Positions 54,080-63,636 of a DNA stretch of 64,000 nt are shown here, in pieces. Source of the DNA: an uncultured Actinomycetes bacterium (lineage in GTDB: Bacteria; Actinomycetota; Thermoleophilia; UBA2241); NCBI GenBank assembly GCA_963783865.1, contig CAWAPD010000003.1, positions 71,171 through 135,170 of the forward strand, in the 5' to 3' direction. The notes under the pieces are model-generated. The model was not told the DNA's origin, ran no database searches, and saw nothing but the letters and a program-made list of their open reading frames with translations. Numbering within the stretch: the stretch's first letter is position 1; each line of letters starts with the position of its first letter. Position numbers and translations under genes: made by a program.

Positions 54080-55384
54080 GTGTCCATGTCACACGATCGC
54101 CTCAGCGGCTTCGTCCGCCCCGCCAAGCGCCAGGGCAAGGCCGTCCGCGGCCTCTGGGAGCTGTGGGTCTGCCTCCCGCCCGAGCCTGCGCAGAGCAAGG
54201 ACGGCCTTCCCCCGCTCGACGCCAAGGGCCACCCGAAGATGCGCTACCCGAAGACCATGAAGTGCGTCGAGGCGCAGGGAAAGAAGGCCGCCGAGCGCCT
54301 GTTAGAAGCCTGCATCGCCGAGCTCGAACAGCACGGCTCGATCGACGTTGAGCGCCTCACCCTCACCGGCCTCCTCGACCGCTGGCTCGAGGCGACCTAC
54401 GGCGAGATGCGGGTGGCCACCAGGAACTCCTACGCGGGCATCCGACGCCTCCACGTCGACCCGGCCCTCGGCCAGGTCCTCGCCTGTCAGCTGACACGCA
54501 CCCAGCTCTCCGCCTACTACTCGGCCAAGATGCGCGGCAACGGGCACAAGCCCCTCGCCGAGACGACGGTCGCCCACCACCACTCGATGATCAAGGCCGC
54601 CTTCAACTGGGCGATCGATGAGGAGCTGCTCCAGGCCAACCCGGCGGCGCGGGTGAAGAGCCCGCCGGCGCTACGCCCCAAGGTGCGGCCGGTGTGGAGC
54701 ATGGAGGAGATCGCCCGCGTGGTGGTCAAGGCCCGCGGCCTGCAGGTCCACGCCGCTGGCGTGCTCGCGGGCTTCTCTGGGCTGCGCGTCGGTGAGATCG
54801 CCGGCTTGCGCTGGAGCGACCTTGACCTGGACAAGGGCTTCGTCTGCGTCTCGCGCACCGTCGAGGAGGACGAGGACAAGACCCTCATCGAGTACCCGCC
54901 GAAGAACGGCAAGGCACGGGTAGTGCCGCTGCCGGCCGCGGCCTGTGACGAGCTGCGCGCCGCCCTGCAGGCGCAGCGCGAGTACAAGCTGGCCCAGGGC
55001 AAGAGGTGGAACGAGGCCGGCCACGTGATCCCCAGGAAGGACGGTACGCCGATGGCACCGTCGTCCCTCAAGAGCCAGTGGTGGAACTGGGTGGCCCGCC
55101 AGAAGATCGACCCGCACCTGCCTCTCCACGGCCTGCGGGACTCGTTCGGTACCTGGGTGTACGAGACCTACGGCGTCAAGCAGGCCCAGGAGTGGCTCGG
55201 CCACGGCGATCCCGCCACGACACTCCGGCACTACGTGCGCCTGACGACGGCCGCCAGGGCGAAGGCGGTCGCGGGTCTCGACGAGGTGACGCGGGCTGCG
55301 CTGGAGGCGGCCGAAGAGCGGGCCGTGCAGGACGCGGCGCCGGTCCGCGACAACGTCGTCGCGCTGGCAAGTCGCCGCAGGTAG
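54080..55384 (+). CDS. int: Tyrosine-type site-specific integrase
   Basis: SAM-like N-domain. Catalytic R (GLRVGEIAGLRWSDL), K, HGLRDSFGT (H-x-x-R), W, HxxR, and the nucleophile Y in RHYVRL. Confidence 0.85.
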   Translation: MSMSHDRLSGFVRPAKRQGKAVRGLWELWVCLPPEPAQSKDGLPPLDAKGHPKMRYPKTMKCVEAQGKKAAERLLEACIAELEQHGSIDVERLTLTGLLDRWLEATYGEMRVATRNSYAGIRRLHVDPALGQVLACQLTRTQLSAYYSAKMRGNGHKPLAETTVAHHHSMIKAAFNWAIDEELLQANPAARVKSPPALRPKVRPVWSMEEIARVVVKARGLQVHAAGVLAGFSGLRVGEIAGLRWSDLDLDKGFVCVSRTVEEDEDKTLIEYPPKNGKARVVPLPAAACDELRAALQAQREYKLAQGKRWNEAGHVIPRKDGTPMAPSSLKSQWWNWVARQKIDPHLPLHGLRDSFGTWVYETYGVKQAQEWLGHGDPATTLRHYVRLTTAARAKAVAGLDEVTRAALEAAEERAVQDAAPVRDNVVALASRRR

Positions 55385-55601
55385 CCCCCTTCGGCGGCCC
55401 TTGAGCTCCATTTCCGACCGCAGCGAGTTCGACGGCCTCGCCGGCGAGCCAGAGACCGACGTGGTATCTCGTGGTTCTGGACCGCCACCAGACGCCGAGG
55501 CATCCACACGACCGCGCGTGAAGGCGCGGGCTGGCTCGCACGAGCCCGCCCCGTCTCACGGCCCTTCGGAAGTGTGCGCTCTGTCTACCGAGCCACGAGG
55601 G

Positions 55602-56465
55602 TCATGGTCGCAGCTCCCTTGTGACTGCGTCCAGGAAACTCACAGGCTCCCGACGCAGCAGCATTCTCAGGACATTGCTGTTGCCGCAGTACCCGTACTT
55701 GTCGTAGTGATCGAGCATGGCCTTCATCTCGAGACTGGCTTCTTGCCCAAGGCGGGCGGCAGCCGCGGCGGCGCCGGCGGCAGGAGTCAGCGACGTGACT
55801 CCGACATCCTTGCCTAGGGCCGTCGAAATGACCCGTGCCATCTCCATGATGTTCAGACGCTCGCTTCCCGCCAGCTCGTAGTTCGCGTATTCGTGGCCAC
55901 TCTCGAGCAGGACGGATGCTGCCGCTTCCGCGAGGTCCTCGAGGTCGATCGGAGTGAACCACTGCTCGGGACTGAAGCCCACTCTGAGCTGCATCCCGTC
56001 TTCGCTGAGGAATCTCAGAATCGTCTGGGAGTAGATGCACGGCTGAAGGACCGTCCACTCGAGAGGAGACTCTCGGAGTGCGAGTTCCACCTTTGCTTTC
56101 CTCTCGTGGTGGACCATGGACGGCGTCGCGGAGTGCATGACCGAGTGGTAGATCAGCCGCGCCAGGCCGGCGCGCTCAGCAGCTGCTATGACGTTTGCGC
56201 CGTACTGCTCCTCGCGTGCGTCGAACGCCGGCGGGATGTAGTAGGCCGCGTCCACCCCGGTGAAGGCCCGCGTCAGTCCCGCCATGTCCTCCAGGGCGAC
56301 TGCGCTGGCTTCGGACGCCTCTGGGACCCGGTGGACTTGGTCATCGCGGTGGACGAGCGCGCGCACTCTTGCGCCGTGGCTGGTGAGCGCCTGGACGATC
56401 CGCTTGCCCGTCTGACCTGCGGCGCCGACGACGGCGACCGAAGGTGTCCCTTCCTGGGGACTCAA
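55602..56465 (-). CDS. NmrA-like / atypical SDR NAD(P)-binding protein
   Basis: VAVVGAAGQTGKRIV Rossmann motif, NmrA-like fold. Confidence 0.65.
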   Translation of the reverse strand: MSPQEGTPSVAVVGAAGQTGKRIVQALTSHGARVRALVHRDDQVHRVPEASEASAVALEDMAGLTRAFTGVDAAYYIPPAFDAREEQYGANVIAAAERAGLARLIYHSVMHSATPSMVHHERKAKVELALRESPLEWTVLQPCIYSQTILRFLSEDGMQLRVGFSPEQWFTPIDLEDLAEAAASVLLESGHEYANYELAGSERLNIMEMARVISTALGKDVGVTSLTPAAGAAAAAARLGQEASLEMKAMLDHYDKYGYCGNSNVLRMLLRREPVSFLDAVTRELRP

Positions 56466-56820
56466 TGAACCCTCCTGTGGTTGGCGATGTCATGAGCCTC
56501 ACGACGGGTCATCACTGAGCGGTACCCGAGGCGCTGCGCTGATTCATCCTACCGCCATGCCCATCTCAAAGGTCACGACCGCCGGGCTGCTCGGCGTGAT
56601 CAGCACTGGTCCCGCCCGTCCTCGCTTCGGCCCTGGCCGTCTATTCGAGAGTGGGCGGCACCGGCTCACAAGCTCGCGGTGTGACGTAGCTGCCGGAGCC
56701 AGTGTCGCCCGGCTACCGGAGCCGCGCCGCGGGTTTCCTGCAGGTTTAGCAACCTATTAGCAACTCTGGTATCCTTGCCGGGACCGTTGCCGGGATAAAA
56801 TCCCTGCAAATCGGCACTTT

Positions 56821-56893
56821 GCCCTCGTAGCTCAGTGGATAGAGCACAGGTTTCCTAAACCTGGTGTCGCTGGTTCGATTCCAGCCGGGGGCA
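56821..56893 (+). tRNA. tRNA-Arg (anticodon CCT)
   Basis: Cloverleaf: acceptor GCCCTCG/CGGGGGC, D-arm GCTC-AGTGGATA-GAGC, anticodon stem CAGGT/ACCTG with loop TTCCTAA, T-arm TGG-TTCGATT-CCA. Discriminator A, encoded CCA follows. Confidence 0.9.
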
Positions 56894-57082
56894 CCACAAA
56901 GTCCCTGCTCATGGCGATTTCCAGTAGCGCGCATCCGCGCACCTATTTTCCGATTCGGCAGAATTGCCGACATTTTGCCGACGAGACCCCCAGGGATGCG
57001 TGAGTAACGGGCGATACGCCCCAGCACGCGTCCGAGCTATGATGAAGTACGGACGATCGCTTGGACCACACCCGATCGGGAG

Positions 57083-57952
57083 TTGGACACGTCGGCGAGA
57101 CATCTCTCTACACTCACCAGCAAGTGGGTAGCGGAAGGCATGGTGCCACAGGGAGTTCAATCAGGTATTGGGAGACGGATGAACGAAACGGATCTCATGA
57201 CGGAGCGTCAGAAGGAGCTCTGCTCCTTAGTCTGGTCTAGTCTGCCGGGTCCCCAGCCAGCGCCCAGAACAAATGAAGAGCGCTGGCATCGCGTAGTCGG
57301 TCCGGCGATGCTGGTCAAGGCGACAGCCACGGCTGAGAGCATGTTCCGCCTTCTGCCTGAGAGGCGGATGACCGACTCGCTGATCCTTCTGAGGGCGCTC
57401 TACGAAGGCGTCGTGAACCTGGCTTGGGTGGCGGTCAATCCGACCCATAGACTCAACAGGCTCTACACCGAGTTCCATACGTGGCATCTCAGAGAAGACG
57501 AGGACTGGGCCAAAGCGGGTCGCCCATTACTGACGCCGGATGACGTTCAGGAGTCGCAAGCGTGGATCGACACCCACAAGACGGGGCTTCCGCATATGGC
57601 GGACCGCGCCAAGAACGCTGACAGGTACTGGGCCGCTCGTCTTGCCGGATGGCATCCTGATGCTGCGAAGATGACCGACACCCGCTCCTGGTCATCGCTT
57701 CGCGGTCTGTACCGCTTCATTTACACCCGCGGAAGCCAGGCCACTCACTCACACCATCGCGGGCTTGATCCGTTCGTCACGGTCACGGACACAGTGTGCA
57801 CTCCCCATGCTGAGAAGGAGCCAGATTCACTTGTCGTGTGGGAGCTGGGGATTCGAGTCCTGCCCTTCGGCATCGGTCCAGCCGAGAGGACATTCGGTTG
57901 GCCATCCTACGACCGGGCCATGGACATCGTCGCCGCGCTTACTGACGGCTGA
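57083..57952 (+). CDS. Hypothetical protein (island cargo); true start probably the internal MNETDLM or MTERQKEL
   Basis: Lower-GC ORF adjacent to the tRNA. No recognisable motif. Confidence 0.4.
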   Translation: MDTSARHLSTLTSKWVAEGMVPQGVQSGIGRRMNETDLMTERQKELCSLVWSSLPGPQPAPRTNEERWHRVVGPAMLVKATATAESMFRLLPERRMTDSLILLRALYEGVVNLAWVAVNPTHRLNRLYTEFHTWHLREDEDWAKAGRPLLTPDDVQESQAWIDTHKTGLPHMADRAKNADRYWAARLAGWHPDAAKMTDTRSWSSLRGLYRFIYTRGSQATHSHHRGLDPFVTVTDTVCTPHAEKEPDSLVVWELGIRVLPFGIGPAERTFGWPSYDRAMDIVAALTDG

Positions 57953-57977
57953 CCGAAGCTTTGACGTACGCGGCGGT

Positions 57978-58418
57978 CTAGGCGCTCGCCCCTGCGGAGG
58001 CAACGTTGAACACCAGCCCCGCGATCAGCGCCGCCGCCTCTTCCTGCATCGCCGGGATGGCGTGCGAGTAGGTGTCGAGGGTGATCGACACCGTAGCGTG
58101 CCCCAGACGCTCAGAGACGACCTTGGGATGGATACCGGCCTGCAGAGCGAGTGTGGCATGGGTGTGGCGCAGATCGTGCAGTCGGATCTGCGGCAACATG
58201 GCCTTCTTGACCGCCCGCCGGAACTCCCGCGTGATCGTCTCGGGATCGAGGGCAGTGCCGTCCTCCTTGGTGAAGAGGTGCCCGCTGTCGGTCCAAGCAT
58301 CCTCCCAGTCTGACTGCTCATCGAGCTGGCGCTGCGCCTGAGCCTTCAGCACCTCAACTGTGTTCGGGTCCAACGCGATAACCCTTCTGCCCTTGGCCGT
58401 CTTGGGTTCCGAGACCAC
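57978..58418 (-). pseudogene. Truncated tyrosine integrase (C-terminal catalytic domain only)
   Basis: LHDLRHTHATLALQAG (HxxR) and LGHATVSITLDTYSH (catalytic Y) are present, but the N-terminal two thirds are absent. An unrelated in-frame fragment lies at 58440-58670. Confidence 0.65.
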
Positions 58419-59007
58419 GACCTCGCGGTTGCAGGGGATCAGCGCCCGGCGCCCACTCGGCCGAGATCATCGTCGAGTCGCACCCGGACCACGGTCAGGG
58501 ACTCGCCGACTTCGAGCCGGTGCAGTTCACCAACTGCGCCATCGACGGCCGCCCAATCACCGCGTTCCACTGGACGAAGGACAACCTGACCGGGGTGGAC
58601 AATGTCGTCATGACATCGACTTCAGCCCTGAGCGCCGGTGGCACCAGCTTCACCGTTACGCGCCGCTGATGAATCCCCGCATCCATGGCGGCGGCGACGG
58701 GTCAACGTCAAAGCGGGCTTAGACCAGGATACATTCACCGGCTGATGTAGGCACCAGGTCGTCCTCCTGTCAGACACGTCTCCAAGACCTGCGTGCTATC
58801 GACACGTGCTGCACAAAGGCGTTGGAGCCGACAAGCAACCGACCTCTCAGCGACTGTAGCGACCGACGCCCCAACGTCAGGCGACAGAGTAGCCTCTGGG
58901 ACGCTCCTTGTCTCTCACTATGGCTCGCCGCACAAGAGGAGGGCCGGCGATGCCGGCCCTCCCATTCGTCACGTGCCCGCTCCTCTCGTCGGGCTCCAGA
59001 AAGCTGG

Positions 59008-61101
59008 CTACTTCAATGCATTCACTTGCGGGATGAGCTGCTCAAGCGTCGCGCTCATCGCGTTTAGGCGCGAGTTGAGGTCCTGCAGGTCCTGATCGCG
59101 CATCGTCGTCAGCTGGGCGATCGTCGTGGCGTACGGCGGGCCAGCCTGAATCGCGTTGAACTGCGGGATCACGTCGAGCAGCGGCCACTGCGGGTTGCCC
59201 TGTGCCCCCCAGATGACGCGGTCGTAGCTGGGATCGAGGCGAGTCATCAGCTGCAGGTAGACGGGGTGGCTCACCATCAGGCCGATGTAGGTCCAGTCGA
59301 CTCCGCCGAGCGCACCGAGAGCCGTGCCCGGATCGTTGTCATTGAGCGCCTGGATGGCTGCGTCGAGGCACTGCACGTCGAGCAGCGCCTGGGAGTGGCG
59401 CCAGACGGTGGTCTCGAAGGGCGTCTGGCCGATGAAGGCCAGCCCGCTCGTCTTCTCGATCTGCCGCAGTGAGGTGTCCACCTTGGTGTAGTGGCCCGGC
59501 GGGATCGAGCCCCTCCTTGCCTCAAAGGCCGCACAGGCGTTCTGGTAGGAGGCGATGTCGCTCTCCACGCGGGTGATGGCTGCCGGATCGGCGCCAGCCT
59601 TGGTCAGGTCGTCGGCGACGACCGCTTTGGCCAGGTCGTCGGCCTGGGCCTTCATGTTGTAGGGCAACAGGCTGCCGTCGTTGAAGTGGCTATAGGCGCG
59701 GAAGAGGAACTTCGAGATGTTGGCGATCCACGGCCAGTTGAGCTCGTCCATCTGCATGTACTGCGAGTGGTAGCGGCCGTTGTCGGTAGCCGGCGGCACC
59801 GAGCCGATCGAGACGACGGGCACGCCCGCGGCGAAGAAGGTCCAGCCGTCGTTCCAGGTGCTCATCACGGTGCCGACGTGGCTGCCGTAGGTCAGCAGGC
59901 CGGCGTTGGCGGCGGCCTGGGCCTTCAGGTACGGCGCGAAATCGGGGCTCGTCAGGCTGAGCGGCACCGAGCCCGAGAAGTAGTCCTCGTTGAAGAAGGC
60001 GCGGATCTTGCCGGCCCAGTCGGGATGAGCGTGGGTGATGGCCCACCAGGCCCCGATGCACCAGTCGTTGTAGCAGTTGGTGTAGCCGAACTCCTCGCCG
60101 GTCGTGATCATGAAGCGCACGGTGTGCTGCGGACGATAGCCGCTCATCACCATGGCCTTGGCGATCGCCATCAGGTCGGAGACGCAAGCACCGTCGTCTG
60201 TGGGCGCCCAGAAGTGGGCGTCGTGGTGGGCGGCCCACAGCACGAAGCTGTTGTCGCAGCTCTTGCCGGGCAGGTCGCCGACGACGTTGTAGCCGGTGCC
60301 GCCGTCGGTCGCCATCCGGACGGTCTCGTCGAGCTTCATGGTGACGACCGGACCGACGTCGCCGGTCAGCTGGCTGCGCAGCAGGTCGCCGTCGTGCTGG
60401 GAGATGTAGACCGCAGAAGCATCGGAGAGGTCGAACTCGGAGTCGAAGCTCGCCAGCTCGTCAGTCTTGTAGGTCCAATAGGGCGGGGTGGTCGGTCCGA
60501 AGGTGAAGATGATCCCGGCCGCACCGCGGTGGGTCGCCTCTTTGGCTGGATCGTTCATCCAGAAGTTGGTCGGGTCGGCGTCAAGCATCACGATCTTGCC
60601 CGTTACACGGACGCCTTCTGCCGCCAACGCGTCGAAGGCCGCAGCCGTGCCTTCGTGGGCGTAGACGACCCGACCCGTGATGCCTCGGCAAGGCGTCGGG
60701 CGAATGCCGGCGAAGGTTGAGGCCACGAAGGTGCTCGCACCATCGGTGACACTCGCCGACTTGAAGGTGAAGGCGTCGACTGGGACCGGGTCGAGGTGCA
60801 CGTTTCTCAGGCCGATGGCGCGCATCTCGTCAGCCAGATAGCGGGCCCTGGCGTTGTCGGCCCATGTACCCGCCCAGAAGAACCCCCACTGCGGGTTGGT
60901 GCCCGGCATCGAGATCAAGTGGGTATCGACGCCCTGCGGGTAGCCGTGGGCGAAGAGCTGGTCGATGGCCTGATCGAAGGTCGGCTTGGGTGCGGCCTGC
61001 GCTGCAAGCGGCAGCAGCAGGAGTACTAGCACCGCGACCGAAAGAAACAGCAGGAGGGACTTCTTCATGATGACCCCCAAAAAGTCGGCGTGAGAGAACA
61101 A
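59008..61101 (-). CDS. Secreted M28-family zinc aminopeptidase with a PA domain; probable start at MKKSLLLF (61068)
   Basis: Signal peptide. M28 metal ligands HHDAHFW...DDGACVSD, TTGEEFG (EE), and a later His. Confidence 0.65.
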   Translation of the reverse strand: MFSHADFLGVIMKKSLLLFLSVAVLVLLLLPLAAQAAPKPTFDQAIDQLFAHGYPQGVDTHLISMPGTNPQWGFFWAGTWADNARARYLADEMRAIGLRNVHLDPVPVDAFTFKSASVTDGASTFVASTFAGIRPTPCRGITGRVVYAHEGTAAAFDALAAEGVRVTGKIVMLDADPTNFWMNDPAKEATHRGAAGIIFTFGPTTPPYWTYKTDELASFDSEFDLSDASAVYISQHDGDLLRSQLTGDVGPVVTMKLDETVRMATDGGTGYNVVGDLPGKSCDNSFVLWAAHHDAHFWAPTDDGACVSDLMAIAKAMVMSGYRPQHTVRFMITTGEEFGYTNCYNDWCIGAWWAITHAHPDWAGKIRAFFNEDYFSGSVPLSLTSPDFAPYLKAQAAANAGLLTYGSHVGTVMSTWNDGWTFFAAGVPVVSIGSVPPATDNGRYHSQYMQMDELNWPWIANISKFLFRAYSHFNDGSLLPYNMKAQADDLAKAVVADDLTKAGADPAAITRVESDIASYQNACAAFEARRGSIPPGHYTKVDTSLRQIEKTSGLAFIGQTPFETTVWRHSQALLDVQCLDAAIQALNDNDPGTALGALGGVDWTYIGLMVSHPVYLQLMTRLDPSYDRVIWGAQGNPQWPLLDVIPQFNAIQAGPPYATTIAQLTTMRDQDLQDLNSRLNAMSATLEQLIPQVNALK

Positions 61102-61289
61102 CTCGACGCTGCGTCACGGGCAACCTCCCTCCGTGGCGGCTCAGTCACCCAGGCCAGGGTCTTCGAGGGGTGGGCAGTCCGGCGGCTCACGATGAGGCGC
61201 GGACCCACCGACGTTCAGGTCAGGCGGCCGACTCGCTCACTATCCGAACAGTGTGCCGTACAATGTTCGCAACCTAGTGTTGAGGGCTT

Positions 61290-61931
61290 GTGATGTCAAG
61301 AGTTGGAAGACCCAGGATCCATCGCCACCTCAGCCGCGAGGCGATCGCACAGACCGGCCTGGCGCTCATCGACCGCGACGGCCTCGAGGCACTGAGCATC
61401 CGCAACCTGGGGAGCGAACTGGGCGTCGGCACGACCACCCTCTACGGCCACGTGCGCACCCGAGATGAGATCGTGAGCGACATCGTCGCCCTGCTGCTCG
61501 CTGAGGTCGACACGTCGGAGCGGCCCGGGGAGAGCTGGGACCAGGGCATACGTCGGCTGACGAACTCGGTGCGCGAGATGGCGCTGCGTCACCCGCGAGC
61601 CTTCCCGCTCGTCGCCGCCGCGCCGGTCGACGAGCCGCCGGTGCTCAACCACGCACGCAGGGTCGCCAGGGTGCAGATCGCGCAGGGCATGAGCGAGGCG
61701 CAGTTCATCGATTCCTGGAAGGTGGTCGATGGCTTCGTCACCGGGTTCCTGCTCATGGAGACGGCAGCGATCGTGCGGTCGCTGTCGAGCGAGGATCTGC
61801 CGTACTCGGCGGCGCAGGCCGACCGCTTCCAACACCTCATGACGGAGGTGCACTCCGCCAAGGCATACGAGGCAGCCATTGAGGTGATCATCGCCGGTCT
61901 GCAGAAGACGGAATTCGCCGCCGACTCCTAG
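61290..61931 (+). CDS. TetR/AcrR-family transcriptional regulator
   Basis: N-terminal HTH (GLEALSIRNLGSELGVGTTTLYGHV). Confidence 0.8.
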   Translation: MMSRVGRPRIHRHLSREAIAQTGLALIDRDGLEALSIRNLGSELGVGTTTLYGHVRTRDEIVSDIVALLLAEVDTSERPGESWDQGIRRLTNSVREMALRHPRAFPLVAAAPVDEPPVLNHARRVARVQIAQGMSEAQFIDSWKVVDGFVTGFLLMETAAIVRSLSSEDLPYSAAQADRFQHLMTEVHSAKAYEAAIEVIIAGLQKTEFAADS

Positions 61932-61950
61932 GGGTCTCGGTATGGCGACG

Positions 61951-61971
61951 CACAGGTCTCCAAGACCTGTG
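61951..61971. terminator. Perfect 9-bp stem / 3-nt loop hairpin between the convergent TetR and MFS genes (CACAGGTCT cca AGACCTGTG)
   Basis: Inverted repeat read directly. The core GTCTCCAAGACCTG recurs at 58778-58791. Confidence 0.5.
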
Positions 61972-61975
61972 CAGG

Positions 61976-63541
61976 CTACTGGTGCTGGGTGCGGTTGGAT
62001 CGCATCATCGCCGCCACGACGACGATCGCCGCTGCAGCGATGGCAGCTGCCACCTCGAAACCGCGCGAGAAGCCGACTGCCAGGGCATGGTGCGTCACTG
62101 CCGCGGGTGGACTGGCGTGGGGCGTCCCTGACGCGACCGATGCCCCAGCTTTGGCGGCCGCCGCAGCCATAACCTTCATCTGCTCGCGGAGGCTTTCTGC
62201 GACCGCACTCCAGGCCACCGTGCCCAGGACCGCCAGGCCGATCGAGCCGCCGATCTGGTTGCAGATGTTGAGCAGGCTCGAGGCAAGGCCCGAGTCTTGA
62301 TCTTGCACGCCGGCCAGCGCCGTCAGGTTGTTGGCCGGGAAGGTCAGCCCAAGTCCGGCCGCCAGGACGAGCATCGGACCGAGGATGTCACCCAGGTAGT
62401 CGCCGCCCACTGACAGACGCGACAGCCACAGCATGCCGGCCGCGACCAGCGGGGTTCCCACCAGCAGCAAGGGTCGCGTCCCCACGCGAGCCACCAGGCG
62501 CGAGCCGAGTGTCGCCGTCGCGATCAGGGCGACGGCCATCGGCAGGTAGGCGATTCCGGCGCGCAGGGCGCTGTAGCCCCAGACCTCTTGGAGGAAGATG
62601 GTCAGGAAGAAGAAGACCCCGAACATGGCGGTGACCACGCACAGCACGACCAGATAGGCCGCGCAGCGGTTGCGCGAGGCAAAGATGCGCAGCGGCATCA
62701 AGGGGTGGGTCGATTGGCTCTCGGTCCAGATGAAGCTCGCGATCAGCAGAATCGCCACAGCCAACGTGGCGACTGTGGTCGCATCTCGCCAGTGCGAGAC
62801 GCCCAGGCTGTCGGTGGCCGCATGTGAGATGCCGTAGACCAGCAGGGCCAGCCCGCCGGCGCCGGTCAACGCTCCGACGAAGTCGAAGCGTCCCTTCAGG
62901 CGCCGCGAGGGGGCGAACACTCTCGGCGCAAGCAGCGCGAGCGTGACCCCTATAGGCACGTTGACGAAGAAGATCCAGCGCCAGTTCACGTAGGTGGTGA
63001 GCAGCCCCCCGGCGAGGAGTCCGATCGACCCTCCGGCGGCACTGACCGCTGCGTAGACGCCCATCGCCCGGTCACGCGGTCGGCCCTCCGGGAAGGTGGT
63101 GGCCAGCAGCGCGAGCGCGGTGGGGGCGATGGCCGCGGCGCCGGCGCCTTGGGCGATGCGGGCCGCGATCAAGGCCCACTGCGAGGTCGCCAGGCCCCCG
63201 AGAAGCGACGCACCGGAGAAGACCAGGACGCCGCCCACAAACACCGACCGGCGTCCCAGCAAGTCGCCGAGACGTCCTCCGAGCAGCAGCAGACCCCCGA
63301 AGGTGAGGGCGTAGGCGTTGACCACCCATTCGAGGGTGTTGCCCGAGAAGCCCAGGGCGCGCTGTACGTGCGGCAGCGCGACGTTCACGATCGTCACGTC
63401 CAAGACGATCATGAGCTGGGCGAGAGCGATGACCGCAAGCGCGAGGCCAGGATGGGCGCTGTGGGGAGCTTCGGAGAAGGACGCGATGACGCCGCGGCTG
63501 AGATGTGAGGGCGGCTTGAGCGTGTGTGTGTCGGTCGTCAC
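61976..63541 (-). CDS. MFS transporter, DHA2 (14-TMS drug:H+ antiporter) family
   Basis: 14 predicted TM helices, motif A GRLGDLLGRR, LMIVLDVTIVNVALP. Confidence 0.8.
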   Translation of the reverse strand: MTTDTHTLKPPSHLSRGVIASFSEAPHSAHPGLALAVIALAQLMIVLDVTIVNVALPHVQRALGFSGNTLEWVVNAYALTFGGLLLLGGRLGDLLGRRSVFVGGVLVFSGASLLGGLATSQWALIAARIAQGAGAAAIAPTALALLATTFPEGRPRDRAMGVYAAVSAAGGSIGLLAGGLLTTYVNWRWIFFVNVPIGVTLALLAPRVFAPSRRLKGRFDFVGALTGAGGLALLVYGISHAATDSLGVSHWRDATTVATLAVAILLIASFIWTESQSTHPLMPLRIFASRNRCAAYLVVLCVVTAMFGVFFFLTIFLQEVWGYSALRAGIAYLPMAVALIATATLGSRLVARVGTRPLLLVGTPLVAAGMLWLSRLSVGGDYLGDILGPMLVLAAGLGLTFPANNLTALAGVQDQDSGLASSLLNICNQIGGSIGLAVLGTVAWSAVAESLREQMKVMAAAAAKAGASVASGTPHASPPAAVTHHALAVGFSRGFEVAAAIAAAAIVVVAAMMRSNRTQHQ

Positions 63542-63544
63542 AGA

Positions 63545-63636
63545 GCCTCTGGTTCGATGTAGTGTCTTGCAGGATATTCCCCAAAGAAAATATCACGCAT
63601 GTGGTAAACTGCAACCCAACCGACAGGGCAGGTGCC
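63545..63636. promoter_or_regulatory. Divergent MFS / MarR promoter with a candidate MarR operator
   Basis: AT-richer stretch with inverted repeat GATATTcc-N6-AAAATATC. Confidence 0.35.

Larger units (their letters stand above)
43835..56893. mobile_element. Putative integrated element bounded by tRNA-Arg and its partial 5' copy; carries the ars cluster, duplicated lipoproteins, ECF sigma/anti-sigma and an integrase
   Basis: Direct repeat of 28/31 nt at the two ends. An integrase lies about 1.4 kb from the intact tRNA. Cargo is accessory-type (metal resistance). Confidence 0.4.
56894..58700. mobile_element. Lower-GC islet 3' of tRNA-Arg with a hypothetical gene and integrase remnants (decayed genomic island)
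   Basis: GC drops visibly to about 55-60% across 56900-57960. A truncated integrase and an ORF fragment lie without intact partners. Confidence 0.4.

Noticed and set aside
53779-54225. 148-aa minus-strand ORF upstream of the integrase
   Set aside because: Overlaps the integrase 5' end in antisense, with no RBS or motif. More likely an att-proximal non-coding region.
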